Source: Spirochaetota bacterium | Lineage (GTDB): Bacteria; Spirochaetota; UBA6919; CBDBPB01 | Assembly: GCA_965208615.1 (NCBI GenBank) | Contig: CBDBPB010000009.1 | Span: 32,001 to 96,000, forward strand | Direction: 5' to 3' | Length of the DNA: 64,000 nucleotides | In this document: positions 1-9,587 of the stretch, in pieces | Layout of the letters: every line of letters starts with the position of its first letter | Numbering within the stretch: position 1 is the stretch's first letter | Translations under genes and position numbers: made by a program | Notes under the pieces: generated by a model | Told to the model about the DNA's origin: nothing | Seen by the model: only the letters and a program-made list of their open reading frames with translations | The model's database searches: none

Positions 1-308
1 TAACGAGCTTTCTAATAAAAATGCAAAAAGCATTTTAGTTAATAAACTTGTTTAAGTTAGTCATGTAAGGATTGATAAATAACTTTTTGGCATTAGTTAT
101 TCTTACTTAAGGTAAATAATCAACTTTTATTGGAACTATTAAAGAGCTAAGCTTGTTAGTTTATATACAATAATTTACATTTTCATTAAATCTTACTATA
201 GCAGTTTGTTCCCACAAAAGAATTAATGAAAATATTTTCTATTTTATCACCTAAATTAATCGTTTTTATAAAAAAAATAATAGCCTAAACAAAGGAGGTA
301 CTTAAGTC

Positions 309-548
309 ATGTCAAGTATAAAAATTGATACGACTGTAGACGCTAGAGGAGCAGCATGCCCTGGACCACTTATGGAGTTAATAAAAACTGTCAAAAGCGT
401 TGATGTCGGAACAGTTATTGAATTATTATCATCAGAAAAAGGAACTACCGTTGATGTACCTGCGTGGATAAGTAAAGTAGGTCAAGAGTTTATTAAAACC
501 GAAAAACGAGAAAACCATTGGAGTCTGCTTGTAAAAAAAATAAAATAA
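309..548 (+). CDS. tusA: Sulfurtransferase TusA family protein
   Basis: 79 aa; VDARGAACPGP (CPxP) motif; perfect SD AAGGAGGT upstream. Confidence 0.93.
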   Translation: MSSIKIDTTVDARGAACPGPLMELIKTVKSVDVGTVIELLSSEKGTTVDVPAWISKVGQEFIKTEKRENHWSLLVKKIK

Positions 549-564
549 ATTAAGGAGAAATATT

Positions 565-1704
565 ATGGCTAAAAGAATTGTAATTGTCGGAGGAGGTGCA
601 GGAGGTACTATTACCGCTAATCTATTAGCTAGAAACCTATACAGACAAATAGTAAATGGTGAAATAGTGATAAATATGATCACTGATAGAGCAGACCATG
701 TTTATCAACCAGGTTTCCTTTATATTGTATTTGATAAAATGAGATCTGATGAAATTATTAGAAATCAAAGTGAACTCTTAGACTCCCATATAAACCTTTT
801 TGTTGATCCAGCTGTTAAGGTAGATAAAGATAAAAAAACTGTATATACGCAAAGCGGTAAAGAATTTCAATATGATTATCTTGTAATGGCTACTGGTTCT
901 AGAATTGTTCCAGAGCTAATTCCAGGATTAAAAGAAGGAGCTCAGTGGTTTTATGATTTAGAAGGTGCTAAAAGGCTTAGAGATACTCTAAAAACTTTTG
1001 AAGGTGGACGCATAGTTATTACTGTAGGTGTGCCTCATAAATGCCCTGTAGCCCCTTTAGAAATTACTTTTATGCTTTATGACTACTTTGAAGAAAGAGG
1101 CATATTGGATAAAGTTGAACTATATTATACTTATCCAATAAATAGACTCCATGGCCTTCAGCCTGTTGCGAATTGGGCTCTACCTGCTTTTGAGAAAAAA
1201 GGTATTAAATATGAAACCCTATTTAACATGGAAGAAGTAGATCCAGATAAAAAATTAATTAAAACTATGGAAGGTAGTGAATTAAGTTATGATCTGTTAA
1301 TAGCTATCCCACCTCATAAGGGTGCTCAGGTTGTAGAAGACTCTGACCTAGGTAAAGATGGGTGGATACCAACTGATCGTAATAAACTATATTGTGAGGG
1401 TACTAATGATATTTATGTTGTTGGAGATACTACTAATCTGCCTATAAGTAAGGCTGGTTCTACCGCACACTTTGAATCCGATGTTGTTGCAGAGCGAATA
1501 TCTTCACAAATTCTTGAAGGGGATACCTCAATAGAGTATGAAGGCAAGGTTGTATGCTTTGTAGAAACAGGATTTAATGAGGCTACCTATATTTGGTTTA
1601 ATTATAAGACTCCACCTAAGCCAACTCCACCGTCTAAGATGTTACACTGGATGAAACTAGGCTATAATAGACTTTACTGGCTTTCTGCTAGGGGGATTTT
1701 ATAA
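565..1704 (+). CDS. sqr: Sulfide:quinone oxidoreductase-like FAD-dependent oxidoreductase (type III SQR-like)
   Basis: GGGAGG FAD motif, HVYQPG, two conserved Cys (HKCPVAP, VVCFVETG), VGD..LPISKAGS; SD AAGGAG. Confidence 0.82.
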   Translation: MAKRIVIVGGGAGGTITANLLARNLYRQIVNGEIVINMITDRADHVYQPGFLYIVFDKMRSDEIIRNQSELLDSHINLFVDPAVKVDKDKKTVYTQSGKEFQYDYLVMATGSRIVPELIPGLKEGAQWFYDLEGAKRLRDTLKTFEGGRIVITVGVPHKCPVAPLEITFMLYDYFEERGILDKVELYYTYPINRLHGLQPVANWALPAFEKKGIKYETLFNMEEVDPDKKLIKTMEGSELSYDLLIAIPPHKGAQVVEDSDLGKDGWIPTDRNKLYCEGTNDIYVVGDTTNLPISKAGSTAHFESDVVAERISSQILEGDTSIEYEGKVVCFVETGFNEATYIWFNYKTPPKPTPPSKMLHWMKLGYNRLYWLSARGIL

Positions 1705-1705
1705 T

Positions 1706-2497
1706 ATGGCAAACAATGTCAATGAAGCTTTATTAGAAAAGCTTTCTGATGAAAAAAGTATTGATGCCCTTAATAACCTTTTAGATAGAGTCACGGAACT
1801 TCATGAAACAGGTGTTTTAGACTCATTTCTACAAGTGGTTCAGGGCGTTAACTTTATGAAGGATAGCTTAACCGATACTATGGTTAATAAAAACGCTAGT
1901 ATGCTATCTAACCTTGTTGAGGTAGCCGCTGAAGCTGCTAGTCCTGAAGTGCTTGAAACTATTAAAGAACTAAAAAACATCCACAGGTCAGGTAAGCTCA
2001 AAGACCTTTTTGAGGTAACCGATAACATAGCATTTCTTTTAAACTCTGCCACAGATAAAATTCTAGAAAGAAATGCTGCTATGCTTGGTGAGTTAATAAA
2101 CGTTGCAAATGAGGCAAGTGATCCATCAATGGCTGAAGCGATCCGCGAAATAAAACAACTACAAAAATCTGGTAGCTTAAAAGCATTGGCTGAAGCATCA
2201 TATATGGTAGCATTTATGACTGACTCTTTAGATGATAGTATGGTAGAAAGACTTGCATCTTTTGCTGCCAGCTTTATTGAGCAAGTCTCAACCCCACAAA
2301 TGCAGGATATATTAAAAGCTACAACTAATGCCGTTTCTGAAACCATTACTAACTTCTATAAAGTGCCCTCTAAACCAGGGTTTATTAACTTAATATCTAT
2401 GCTAAATAATAAAGAAATCCAATCAGGATTAATGTTTATGGCTAGAATGTCAAAGAATATACAAAAGGCTATGATTAAACATTACTCTGGTAAGTAA
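1706..2497 (+). CDS. DUF1641-like helical protein with internal 60-aa repeats
   Basis: C-terminal PGFINLISMLNNKEIQSGLMF resembles DUF1641; starts 1 nt after the sqr stop. Confidence 0.7.
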   Translation: MANNVNEALLEKLSDEKSIDALNNLLDRVTELHETGVLDSFLQVVQGVNFMKDSLTDTMVNKNASMLSNLVEVAAEAASPEVLETIKELKNIHRSGKLKDLFEVTDNIAFLLNSATDKILERNAAMLGELINVANEASDPSMAEAIREIKQLQKSGSLKALAEASYMVAFMTDSLDDSMVERLASFAASFIEQVSTPQMQDILKATTNAVSETITNFYKVPSKPGFINLISMLNNKEIQSGLMFMARMSKNIQKAMIKHYSGK

Positions 2498-2500
2498 AAT

Positions 2501-2535
2501 AAAAAAAGCGTCATTCCAAATATGACGCTTTTTTT
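2501..2535. terminator. Bidirectional intrinsic terminator
   Basis: AAAAAAAGCGTCAT-7 nt loop-ATGACGCTTTTTTT between convergent operons. Confidence 0.88.
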
Positions 2536-2698
2536 ACCACATTATTAGCTTATCATGACTCTCTATCAGGTCTAAAAGCTCATCAGCTGACTTATTCTCA
2601 AGTTCTACTAACGATACTTCATGATTTTTTTTATGACTTTCACAAATTGTTTTTGCTGTGTCAGTCAATTCACTCTTTAAAATATACAAAACTTTCAT
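2534..2698 (-). CDS. Small DsrH/TusB-like protein, 54 aa (not in ORF track)
   Basis: Hand translation MKVLYILKSELTDTAKTICESHKKNHEVSLVELENKSADELLDLIESHDKLIMW*; SD AGGAG upstream; DsrH-like ends; follows dsrE/dsrF-like genes. Confidence 0.8.
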   Translation of the reverse strand: MKVLYILKSELTDTAKTICESHKKNHEVSLVELENKSADELLDLIESHDKLIMW

Positions 2699-2713
2699 TG
2701 CTAACTCCTATTA

Positions 2714-2986
2714 CTAAAAAGGATCAATAATATCATATTCCAAAAGCTTATTGGCTATTTCTTCGTTAGTTAAATAAGTTAAATCAGAATTATCTTTTGT
2801 ATTGGTATAAATATTAAAATCTAAGCCCTTAATAAGTTCAAAATTATCTTGCACGTCCTTATCACTATATAGCTTTTTATCCAAAACAAAGACATCAACC
2901 AAGTCATCCAACATAATAAGCCCTGCACTAATCCTAAGAGCCTCTCGTTGTCTATCTCTTACAAGTATTGCAATCTTTTTTGACAT
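2714..2986 (-). CDS. DsrF/TusC-like protein
   Basis: KKIAILV..EALRISAGL..VDVFVLD..LLEYDIIDPF pattern; no Cys. Confidence 0.65.
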   Translation of the reverse strand: MSKKIAILVRDRQREALRISAGLIMLDDLVDVFVLDKKLYSDKDVQDNFELIKGLDFNIYTNTKDNSDLTYLTNEEIANKLLEYDIIDPF

Positions 2987-2998
2987 TAAATACTCCCT

Positions 2999-3301
2999 CT
3001 AAAATACTAATATTTTATCACAATCACTATGAATAGATGCATTTTGAAATTGAGTACCCATAATAATACCCTCTGCTATTTCACTTTCCTCAACTTTCAT
3101 AGCCCTTGCACTAAAATCACAAAGACTAATTGATATATTATCATTATTCCTAAGATCAGTAAAGTCATTGTTCCTAACAAGTTTTACACCACTATCAGTC
3201 ATAAAAACCTTTACCTGATAGCCTCTTTTTAGGGCAGACCTAGTAATATCAACAATTTTATTTGCATATTTGTCCTGCGTAACAAATATTCCAATATCCA
3301 T
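2999..3301 (-). CDS. DsrE family sulfur relay protein
   Basis: VKVFMTDSGVKL, conserved Cys in SLCDFSA, C-terminal CDKILVF; SD AGGAGGAG. Confidence 0.82.
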   Translation of the reverse strand: MDIGIFVTQDKYANKIVDITRSALKRGYQVKVFMTDSGVKLVRNNDFTDLRNNDNISISLCDFSARAMKVEESEIAEGIIMGTQFQNASIHSDCDKILVF

Positions 3302-3662
3302 TTACTCCTCCTAAAAAATATATTATATAAAACAGCCCTTTATAAAGCCTAAGGTCTGAATAAGCCAAAAAGATTAAAATACCTTTATAACTTTTGATAG
3401 GTTATTTTCTTATTGATACTAATTAAACTGTATGCTTAATCTATAAAGGTAGCTATTTTTTATAATAATACAAAATACTTTTTACAATATTTAAATTATG
3501 ACTTAATGTCTATGAAGGTTAAAGTATTCTAGCTAATATAATAAATCATTATTAGTATATAGACTTAGTTTATTTTTAATAAAATTATTGTTTTAAGTTA
3601 TAATTTTAAATAATAGCTTACATATTAAGTAAAGTAGTACATCTTTGCTAATAATGACAAAA

Positions 3663-4292
3663 TTAAAAACCATGTTTTAGTAAAAAGTCTTTAGATAAAC
3701 CTTGTCCTTCTTTGTTAGTAAGCTTATCAACGTATTTAGAGAATAAATCAACCTCTATATTAACAATATCCCCTATTTGCCTGTATTGAAAAATTGTTTT
3801 CTTTATGGTAAGAGGGATAACTGTAACCTTAAATCCGTAGTCATAAAGCTTATTAATGGTTAAACTAACACCGTCTATAGCAACAGATCCTTTATGAATA
3901 AGGTATTTAAGTACCTTATTAGAACAAGATATAATTATATTATATTCTTCAGCAGTTTTTTGTATATCCTTTATAACAGCAGTCTCATCAACATGACCCT
4001 GAACTAAATGACCATCCAAAAAGCTATTTAGAGTAATAGGACGCTCTAAATTAACGTAATCACTCTGTTTAAGTATAGATAAATTAGTTAGAGAGAGGGT
4101 TTCAGCGGATGAATAAAAAGAAAATAAACCCTTATCTATATTAGTAACCGTTTGACAAGCCCCATTAACTGCAATACTATCCCCAATGGTTAGCCCTTTA
4201 ACATCTATGTTAGATGAAACAGTAAAAGTCTTTCCTATACGGCTTTCTATTTTATGAATAGTAGCAATATCTTGTATCATTCCACTAAACAT
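3663..4292 (-). CDS. ribE: Riboflavin synthase
   Basis: MFSG N-terminus, GDSIAVNGACQTV, VNLER, GHLVQGHVD, GSVAIDGVSLT. Confidence 0.96.
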   Translation of the reverse strand: MFSGMIQDIATIHKIESRIGKTFTVSSNIDVKGLTIGDSIAVNGACQTVTNIDKGLFSFYSSAETLSLTNLSILKQSDYVNLERPITLNSFLDGHLVQGHVDETAVIKDIQKTAEEYNIIISCSNKVLKYLIHKGSVAIDGVSLTINKLYDYGFKVTVIPLTIKKTIFQYRQIGDIVNIEVDLFSKYVDKLTNKEGQGLSKDFLLKHGF

Positions 4293-4390
4293 ATAACTCC
4301 TCTATAATAATATTTTATTTTAAGCACTTTAGTTATAACAACGTTTTGGTTTAAATGTAGCTATTTTTTTTTAATATATGTAAAAAATAC

Positions 4391-4419
4391 TTGTCAAAAA
4401 AGAAAAAATTGCGTATAAT
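4391..4419 (+). promoter_or_regulatory. Sigma70 promoter upstream of the ECF sigma gene
   Basis: TTGTCA-N17-TATAAT. Confidence 0.65.
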
Positions 4420-4461
4420 AAACTTAAATATCATAAGAATTATTAAGCTAGGGTAAGCAAA

Positions 4462-5055
4462 ATAACACTTTCTATTGAAACAAGCAAACAATATGAAGAT
4501 GAGTGTCTTTGCCATAAAGACTCCCTATATAGTTTATCTAGATATCTAACCTCCGACGAACACGAGGCTGATGATCTATTTCAAGAAACTCTATTAAGAA
4601 GTTATCAGTTTTTTCATACATTCAAGTCACAAACGAATTGTAAAGCCTGGCTCTTTAAGATAATGAAAAATATCTTCATTAATCACTGTAGAAGAAAAAA
4701 ACGTCAATTAGACTTTATCTCTTTTGAAAACCAATATCATAGCGAAACTGAAGGTAATACTACTAACGATAAATGGCAAAGTATTAATCCCGAAAACTTT
4801 GTAATAAATGGAATGCTTAGTCCAGAAGTTAGTTATGCCCTTAGTATGCTACCTGAAGACTATAAAATGGTAGTAATCCTGGCTGATATAGAACTTATGT
4901 CTTATAACGAAATGGCAAAAAGACTTAATTGTCCTATTGGTACTGTTAGATCAAGGTTGTCAAGAGGACGTAAGATTCTTAAAAAATTGCTATTTAAGTT
5001 CGCCCTTAAAGAAGGAATTATTAAAACTAACCGTAACTATATACAAAAACAATAA
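4462..5055 (+). CDS. ECF RNA polymerase sigma factor (start uncertain, proposed ATA at 4462)
   Basis: Frame open from 4447; region 2 (EADDLFQETLLRSY..FKSQTNCKAWLFKIMKN) lies upstream of ATG 4663; region 4 MSYNEMAKRLNCPIGTVRSRLSRGR. Confidence 0.88.
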   Translation: MTLSIETSKQYEDECLCHKDSLYSLSRYLTSDEHEADDLFQETLLRSYQFFHTFKSQTNCKAWLFKIMKNIFINHCRRKKRQLDFISFENQYHSETEGNTTNDKWQSINPENFVINGMLSPEVSYALSMLPEDYKMVVILADIELMSYNEMAKRLNCPIGTVRSRLSRGRKILKKLLFKFALKEGIIKTNRNYIQKQ

Positions 5056-5267
5056 TAACCCTACAAACTAAGTCTATATAAACTTTTTTATATGTTAAAG
5101 TGTTTCATAAATTAATCTGTTTAATTATAAGCAATTTTATTATTTTTCATTTTTAACTATATATACAAAAAGTTAGGCTTTAAGCCACAAAAAACAATAT
5201 TTATATATAGATTTATAATTTTAACATAAAGATATAACTACTTAATAATCTTAGTATAAGACTGCAA

Positions 5268-6029
5268 ATGGAAAAAGAAAGTATTATAAGCATTCAAAAA
5301 TTAAAAACTGTCCTTAATGGAAAAGTTGTTCACAAAAACGTAAACCTCAATATTGAAAAAGGTGAAACCATGCTGGTTATAGGAGGTAGTGGATGCGGTA
5401 AAAGTGTTCTGTTTAAAAGTATTATTGGTCTTATTAAACCAGTCAGTGGGTCTATTTTTATTGATGGAGTAGATATTACAAAAATATCGTATAAAAAAAT
5501 GGATGGAGTTAGAAAGAAATTTGGCGTACTCTTCCAAGGAGCGGCCTTATTTGACTCTCTAACGGTAAAAGAAAATGTGGCATTTAGCTTAAAATACAAT
5601 AGCAACCTTTCTGATAATAAAATTAATAGTATAGTAAAAGAAAACCTTTCTCACGTTGGGCTTAAAGATGTCCTAGAGTTATATCCCAGTGAACTAAGCG
5701 GCGGAATGCAAAAACGAGTTGGATTAGCTCGTGCAATTGCCCTTAATCCAGAGATTATACTCTATGATGAACCAACTACGGGATTAGACCCAATTATGGC
5801 AGATATTATAAATGATCTTATTTTACAACTACAAAATGAATTAGGGATAACTTCCTTAGTTGTAACCCACGATATGACAAGCGCTTTTAAAGTCGGTAAT
5901 CGTATAGCTATGCTACATGATGGGCATATTATAGAAGTTGGTAAAACTAAAGATATTAAACATTCAAAAAACCCTTATGTTAAACAGTTTATACTTGGTC
6001 AAGAAGAAGGACCTTTAAAATTTGAATAA
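5268..6029 (+). CDS. mlaF: MlaF/Mkl-type ABC transporter ATP-binding protein
   Basis: GGSGCGKS, FQGAALFDSLTV, LSGGMQKRVGLARA, ILYDEPTTGLDP. Confidence 0.88.
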   Translation: MEKESIISIQKLKTVLNGKVVHKNVNLNIEKGETMLVIGGSGCGKSVLFKSIIGLIKPVSGSIFIDGVDITKISYKKMDGVRKKFGVLFQGAALFDSLTVKENVAFSLKYNSNLSDNKINSIVKENLSHVGLKDVLELYPSELSGGMQKRVGLARAIALNPEIILYDEPTTGLDPIMADIINDLILQLQNELGITSLVVTHDMTSAFKVGNRIAMLHDGHIIEVGKTKDIKHSKNPYVKQFILGQEEGPLKFE

Positions 6030-6201
6030 TATACCATAAACCTAAAATCAAGCTATCTTTGTATAAGTAAAATACTTATCATTATTTTAATTTATATTGC
6101 TAAATTCTGTTTCTTAAAAAAAAAAAAAAAGACTTTTTTTTTTAAAGAAAAATGCTTTTAATTATCTTTAGATTATAAAAGATAACATGCGAGGCTACTA
6201 A

Positions 6202-7101
6202 ATGAAAAAGTTAATATTTATTTTTGTAACAATGATTACTTCTATTATCATTAGTTCATGCGATGATGCAGTAAAGGATACACAACTACCAACTGCAAAA
6301 ATTAAATTTCATAATATAAAAGAAATATCTTTGATAAAGCGTTCTATAACCCTTCAGATGTCACTAGATATTTATAACCCATATCCAGTAGAAGGGACTA
6401 TACAAGAAGTTAATGCTGATCTATTTATACAAGACAAAAAACTATCAGAAATTAACATAGCTGATCCAAAAATAAAAGCTAGTGATACCGTACAGAATCC
6501 ATTTGATGCTGTTATTAAACTTGATGACTTATACAAAATCTATAAAGATATAGGAAAACGTAAAAATGTTCACATTCTTATAAAAGGAGCCATTAAAGTT
6601 GAGGTGCCTGAGTATGGAAGTCATAGTTTTAACTTTCAGCATACACAAGAGTTACCAGCTATCAAAATCAAGCTTAAACTGTCTAACTTTAATATACAAA
6701 GAACAAAAATATCTAAGTTAGACTATACAAATAAAGGATTCATTAATGTAGGAATGCCAATAATAAAAAAACTAGAAGAAAAAAAGTTAGAAGGTAAAGT
6801 ATCTCAAACAGCAAACTTTGACCTAACAGTAACTAACTTAACACAAGCAGATATTAGCTTTAACAATCTAAAAATAGACTTACTTAATAAAAGCGGCCAA
6901 GCATTAATATCGTCTAGCAGTAGACAGGCAATTTCTTCAGCGAAAACTGATTTGGGTTATCATAAAGAGGTTTATCGTGTAAGTAGTGAATTAGAGTCTA
7001 GCTTAAGGTCTATGAGGATAAACAGGATAAAAGGTTCAGTAGATATTAATCTGCCATCTCCCTTTGGAACACGACCTATTCTATTCTCACAAAAACCATA
7101 A
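6202..7101 (+). CDS. Lipoprotein with LEA type 2-like beta-sandwich domain(s)
   Basis: Lipobox IISSC; LDIYNPYP motif and second LTVTN motif. Confidence 0.6.
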   Translation: MKKLIFIFVTMITSIIISSCDDAVKDTQLPTAKIKFHNIKEISLIKRSITLQMSLDIYNPYPVEGTIQEVNADLFIQDKKLSEINIADPKIKASDTVQNPFDAVIKLDDLYKIYKDIGKRKNVHILIKGAIKVEVPEYGSHSFNFQHTQELPAIKIKLKLSNFNIQRTKISKLDYTNKGFINVGMPIIKKLEEKKLEGKVSQTANFDLTVTNLTQADISFNNLKIDLLNKSGQALISSSSRQAISSAKTDLGYHKEVYRVSSELESSLRSMRINRIKGSVDINLPSPFGTRPILFSQKP

Positions 7102-7272
7102 TCAAACATATTTATCAACATGCCTTTCTTCTTCTGAAGGAAGGTATTTATTATTATTATCAATATGTTTTTCATCAAGCTTTCTTTTTACTTTTCTAGG
7201 TAGGCCAATATTTCTAACACTTTTATGAATAGATGTAACGCTATTATAATCTTCAGTATGTTCTACTTTCAT
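7102..7272 (-). CDS. Small hypothetical protein, 56 aa (not in ORF track)
   Basis: MKVEHTEDYNSVTSIHKSVRNIGLPRKVKRKLDEKHIDNNNKYLPSEEERHVDKYV*; SD AAGGA; stop abuts the neighbouring gene's stop. Confidence 0.55.
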   Translation of the reverse strand: MKVEHTEDYNSVTSIHKSVRNIGLPRKVKRKLDEKHIDNNNKYLPSEEERHVDKYV

Positions 7273-7324
7273 AATAGTATTCCTTTTTGGCTTATTCCTC
7301 CACCAGCCATAATTATTATCTTAC

Positions 7325-7352
7325 TTATCGGCTCTAAATAAGATTTACTATA
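7325..7352 (-). promoter_or_regulatory. Putative sigma28 (FliA) promoter
   Basis: Perfect -10 GCCGATAA at 7332-7325; partial -35 (TATAGTAA). Confidence 0.5.
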
Positions 7353-7439
7353 AAAAAAACATTTTTTTTATAATCAAGTAAAAATACTTATAGTTAACTA
7401 ATATTATAGTCAAGTAACAATTTTAATAAAAAAGCTATT

Positions 7440-9269
7440 TTAAGCTATTCCCAAAACCCTAAGAGCATAGTCCACACGTCCAAATGGAGCGCTTATTTGT
7501 ACCCCTTGTATTCTATGCCTAACTTGGAGTAATGTCTTATTAGCAATCTCTATACCCTTTTCAAGAGCTTTTTCTTTACTAGGAGCAACCTTAAGGGCAT
7601 CCATAATATAAATAGGCACATTAACCCCAGGTACCTCATTATCCATAAACAGTGCATTCCTATAACTAACCAAAGGCCATATACCAGCAATAATAGGAAC
7701 TTTTATACCTTTAACCTCATCTAAAAACTTAAACAAAACCTCAATATCAAAAATTGGCTGTGTAATAGCAAAATTAGCCCCTGCATCAACCTTCTGATAA
7801 AAACGATCCACCTCAAGATTAAGATCAAGAGCACCAGGATTCACTCCCACACCTATTAAATAGCCAGTAGGCTTGCCTATAAGGGTTTTAGCTATCATAT
7901 CCAGTCCATGATTAAAATTGTTGACCATTCTAGTCAAGCCAATGGAGTCCACATCAAATACAGGGCTAGCATCAGGGAAGTCCCCCATTTTAGGAGGATC
8001 ACCAGTAATAATTAAAACATTTTTAAGTCCAGCGGCATAGCCCCCAAGCAAGTCAGACTGCATTCCCAATAAGTTCCTATCACGACAGCAATAATGCATT
8101 ATAGTCTCTATACCAACCTGGCTTTCTATAATCTGGGATAGTAGCATAGAGCTCATTCTAGAAGATGCCCTTGGTCCATCAGGTATATTAACCGCATCTA
8201 CCCCTTTATCCTTTAATATAGCGGCCTTTTCTATTATTTTAGAAGGATCACAGCCCTTTGGAGGCGTTATCTCTACAGTGGTTACAAAATCTCCCTTAGC
8301 AATCTTTTTAGCAAAGTTAGACCTATCCTCAATAGGGATAACCTTAACATCAGGAACCTTTTCTGAATAGTCGATTCCTTTATCTTCCTTTTTCAGTGGA
8401 GCAATAGATCTAACAAAAAGCTTTATCTCTTTAATATGCTCTGGACTAGTTCCACAACAGCCTCCAACAACCCTAACCCCCATCTGAATAAACGCTTTAG
8501 TGTATGTAGCAAGATATTCAGGTGTACACAAATAAACTTGACGCCCCTGTTCTTCTCTGGGTAATCCAGCATTAGGCTGAACAATAACTGGCTTTTTAGT
8601 AATTTTAACTATATCTTCAATAGGCTTAAGTATATCCATAACGCCATTAGAACAGTTAAGACCAATTATATCGGCATTTAGCTTATCCAAAGACTTCATC
8701 GCTATACTAGGTTTTTTATTATCTATTAATCCGTTTTTATCCAAAGACATTTGTGCAATTATTATTTTTTTACTAATATGGTTAATTGCGTCAATAGCTA
8801 GGGCTAACTCATTTAAACTATTAAAGCTTTCTAGTATAAAAAAATCGACTTCTCCTTGTTCAAGAACTTTTGCCTGATCCAAAAAAGCTTTATGAGCCTC
8901 TTCTTTTGTAATCCCCCCTTTATAATCCTCAATGGATAAACCAAGGGGTCCAATGGATCCAGCAACAAATACCTTATTTTTTGCACACTCCCTAGCCAAC
9001 CTAGCTCCGCTAATATTTATATCATAAACCTTATCATGAAAGTCCTGTTGTTTTAAGCGATAATAGTTTGCTCCAAAGGTGTTTGTGGTAATAATATCAG
9101 ATCCTGCTTTTATATAGGCATGGTGTATATCCTTTATCATTTGCGGAGAAGACAGATTAACCTCATCAAAACAGCGATTCAAGAATATTCCTTTGTTATA
9201 TAGCATGGTACCCATAGCACCATCTGAAATTAATATTTCATTTTTAACTACTTCTAATATGTTATTCAA
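7440..9269 (-). CDS. yitJ: Bifunctional homocysteine S-methyltransferase / methylenetetrahydrofolate reductase
   Basis: DGAMGT, GLNC, GGCCGT zinc motifs followed by an MTHFR domain (VNIPDGP, CCRDRN, ITGDPP, AITQP). Confidence 0.92.
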   Translation of the reverse strand: MNNILEVVKNEILISDGAMGTMLYNKGIFLNRCFDEVNLSSPQMIKDIHHAYIKAGSDIITTNTFGANYYRLKQQDFHDKVYDINISGARLARECAKNKVFVAGSIGPLGLSIEDYKGGITKEEAHKAFLDQAKVLEQGEVDFFILESFNSLNELALAIDAINHISKKIIIAQMSLDKNGLIDNKKPSIAMKSLDKLNADIIGLNCSNGVMDILKPIEDIVKITKKPVIVQPNAGLPREEQGRQVYLCTPEYLATYTKAFIQMGVRVVGGCCGTSPEHIKEIKLFVRSIAPLKKEDKGIDYSEKVPDVKVIPIEDRSNFAKKIAKGDFVTTVEITPPKGCDPSKIIEKAAILKDKGVDAVNIPDGPRASSRMSSMLLSQIIESQVGIETIMHYCCRDRNLLGMQSDLLGGYAAGLKNVLIITGDPPKMGDFPDASPVFDVDSIGLTRMVNNFNHGLDMIAKTLIGKPTGYLIGVGVNPGALDLNLEVDRFYQKVDAGANFAITQPIFDIEVLFKFLDEVKGIKVPIIAGIWPLVSYRNALFMDNEVPGVNVPIYIMDALKVAPSKEKALEKGIEIANKTLLQVRHRIQGVQISAPFGRVDYALRVLGIA

Positions 9270-9587
9270 GGGGTTTTCCTTTATTTTATTGAGAATGTTA
9301 AAATTGCTTAAGAATTTAAAGTTATTTAAATTTGGAGTTAAAAAAAGTTTTTTTGTTAAAAAAGTAACAAAAACAAGGAAAAGTTTATAATCTTTTTATA
9401 AGATAGAGCGTATAACTGATAATAAAAAAAATTAAAAGTTTTATAAAAACTATATAAAAAAGTTTATTACTCTATAATAAATTTTATACTTTTATACAAA
9501 TTATCTGTTAAAAAGCTTTTTATTATATTTGTTATAACCTTTGTTAACAACATTTTCTATAAATAGAAATCTAATACATAATAAATT

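Noticed and set aside
4293-4390. FMN riboswitch before ribE (also SAM before yitJ, TPP before thiL)
   Set aside because: Leaders are AT-rich and lack the conserved aptamer motifs.
6972-7178. 68-aa minus-strand track ORF
   Set aside because: Overlaps the lipoprotein gene; the 7102-7272 frame has a better start context and no overlap.
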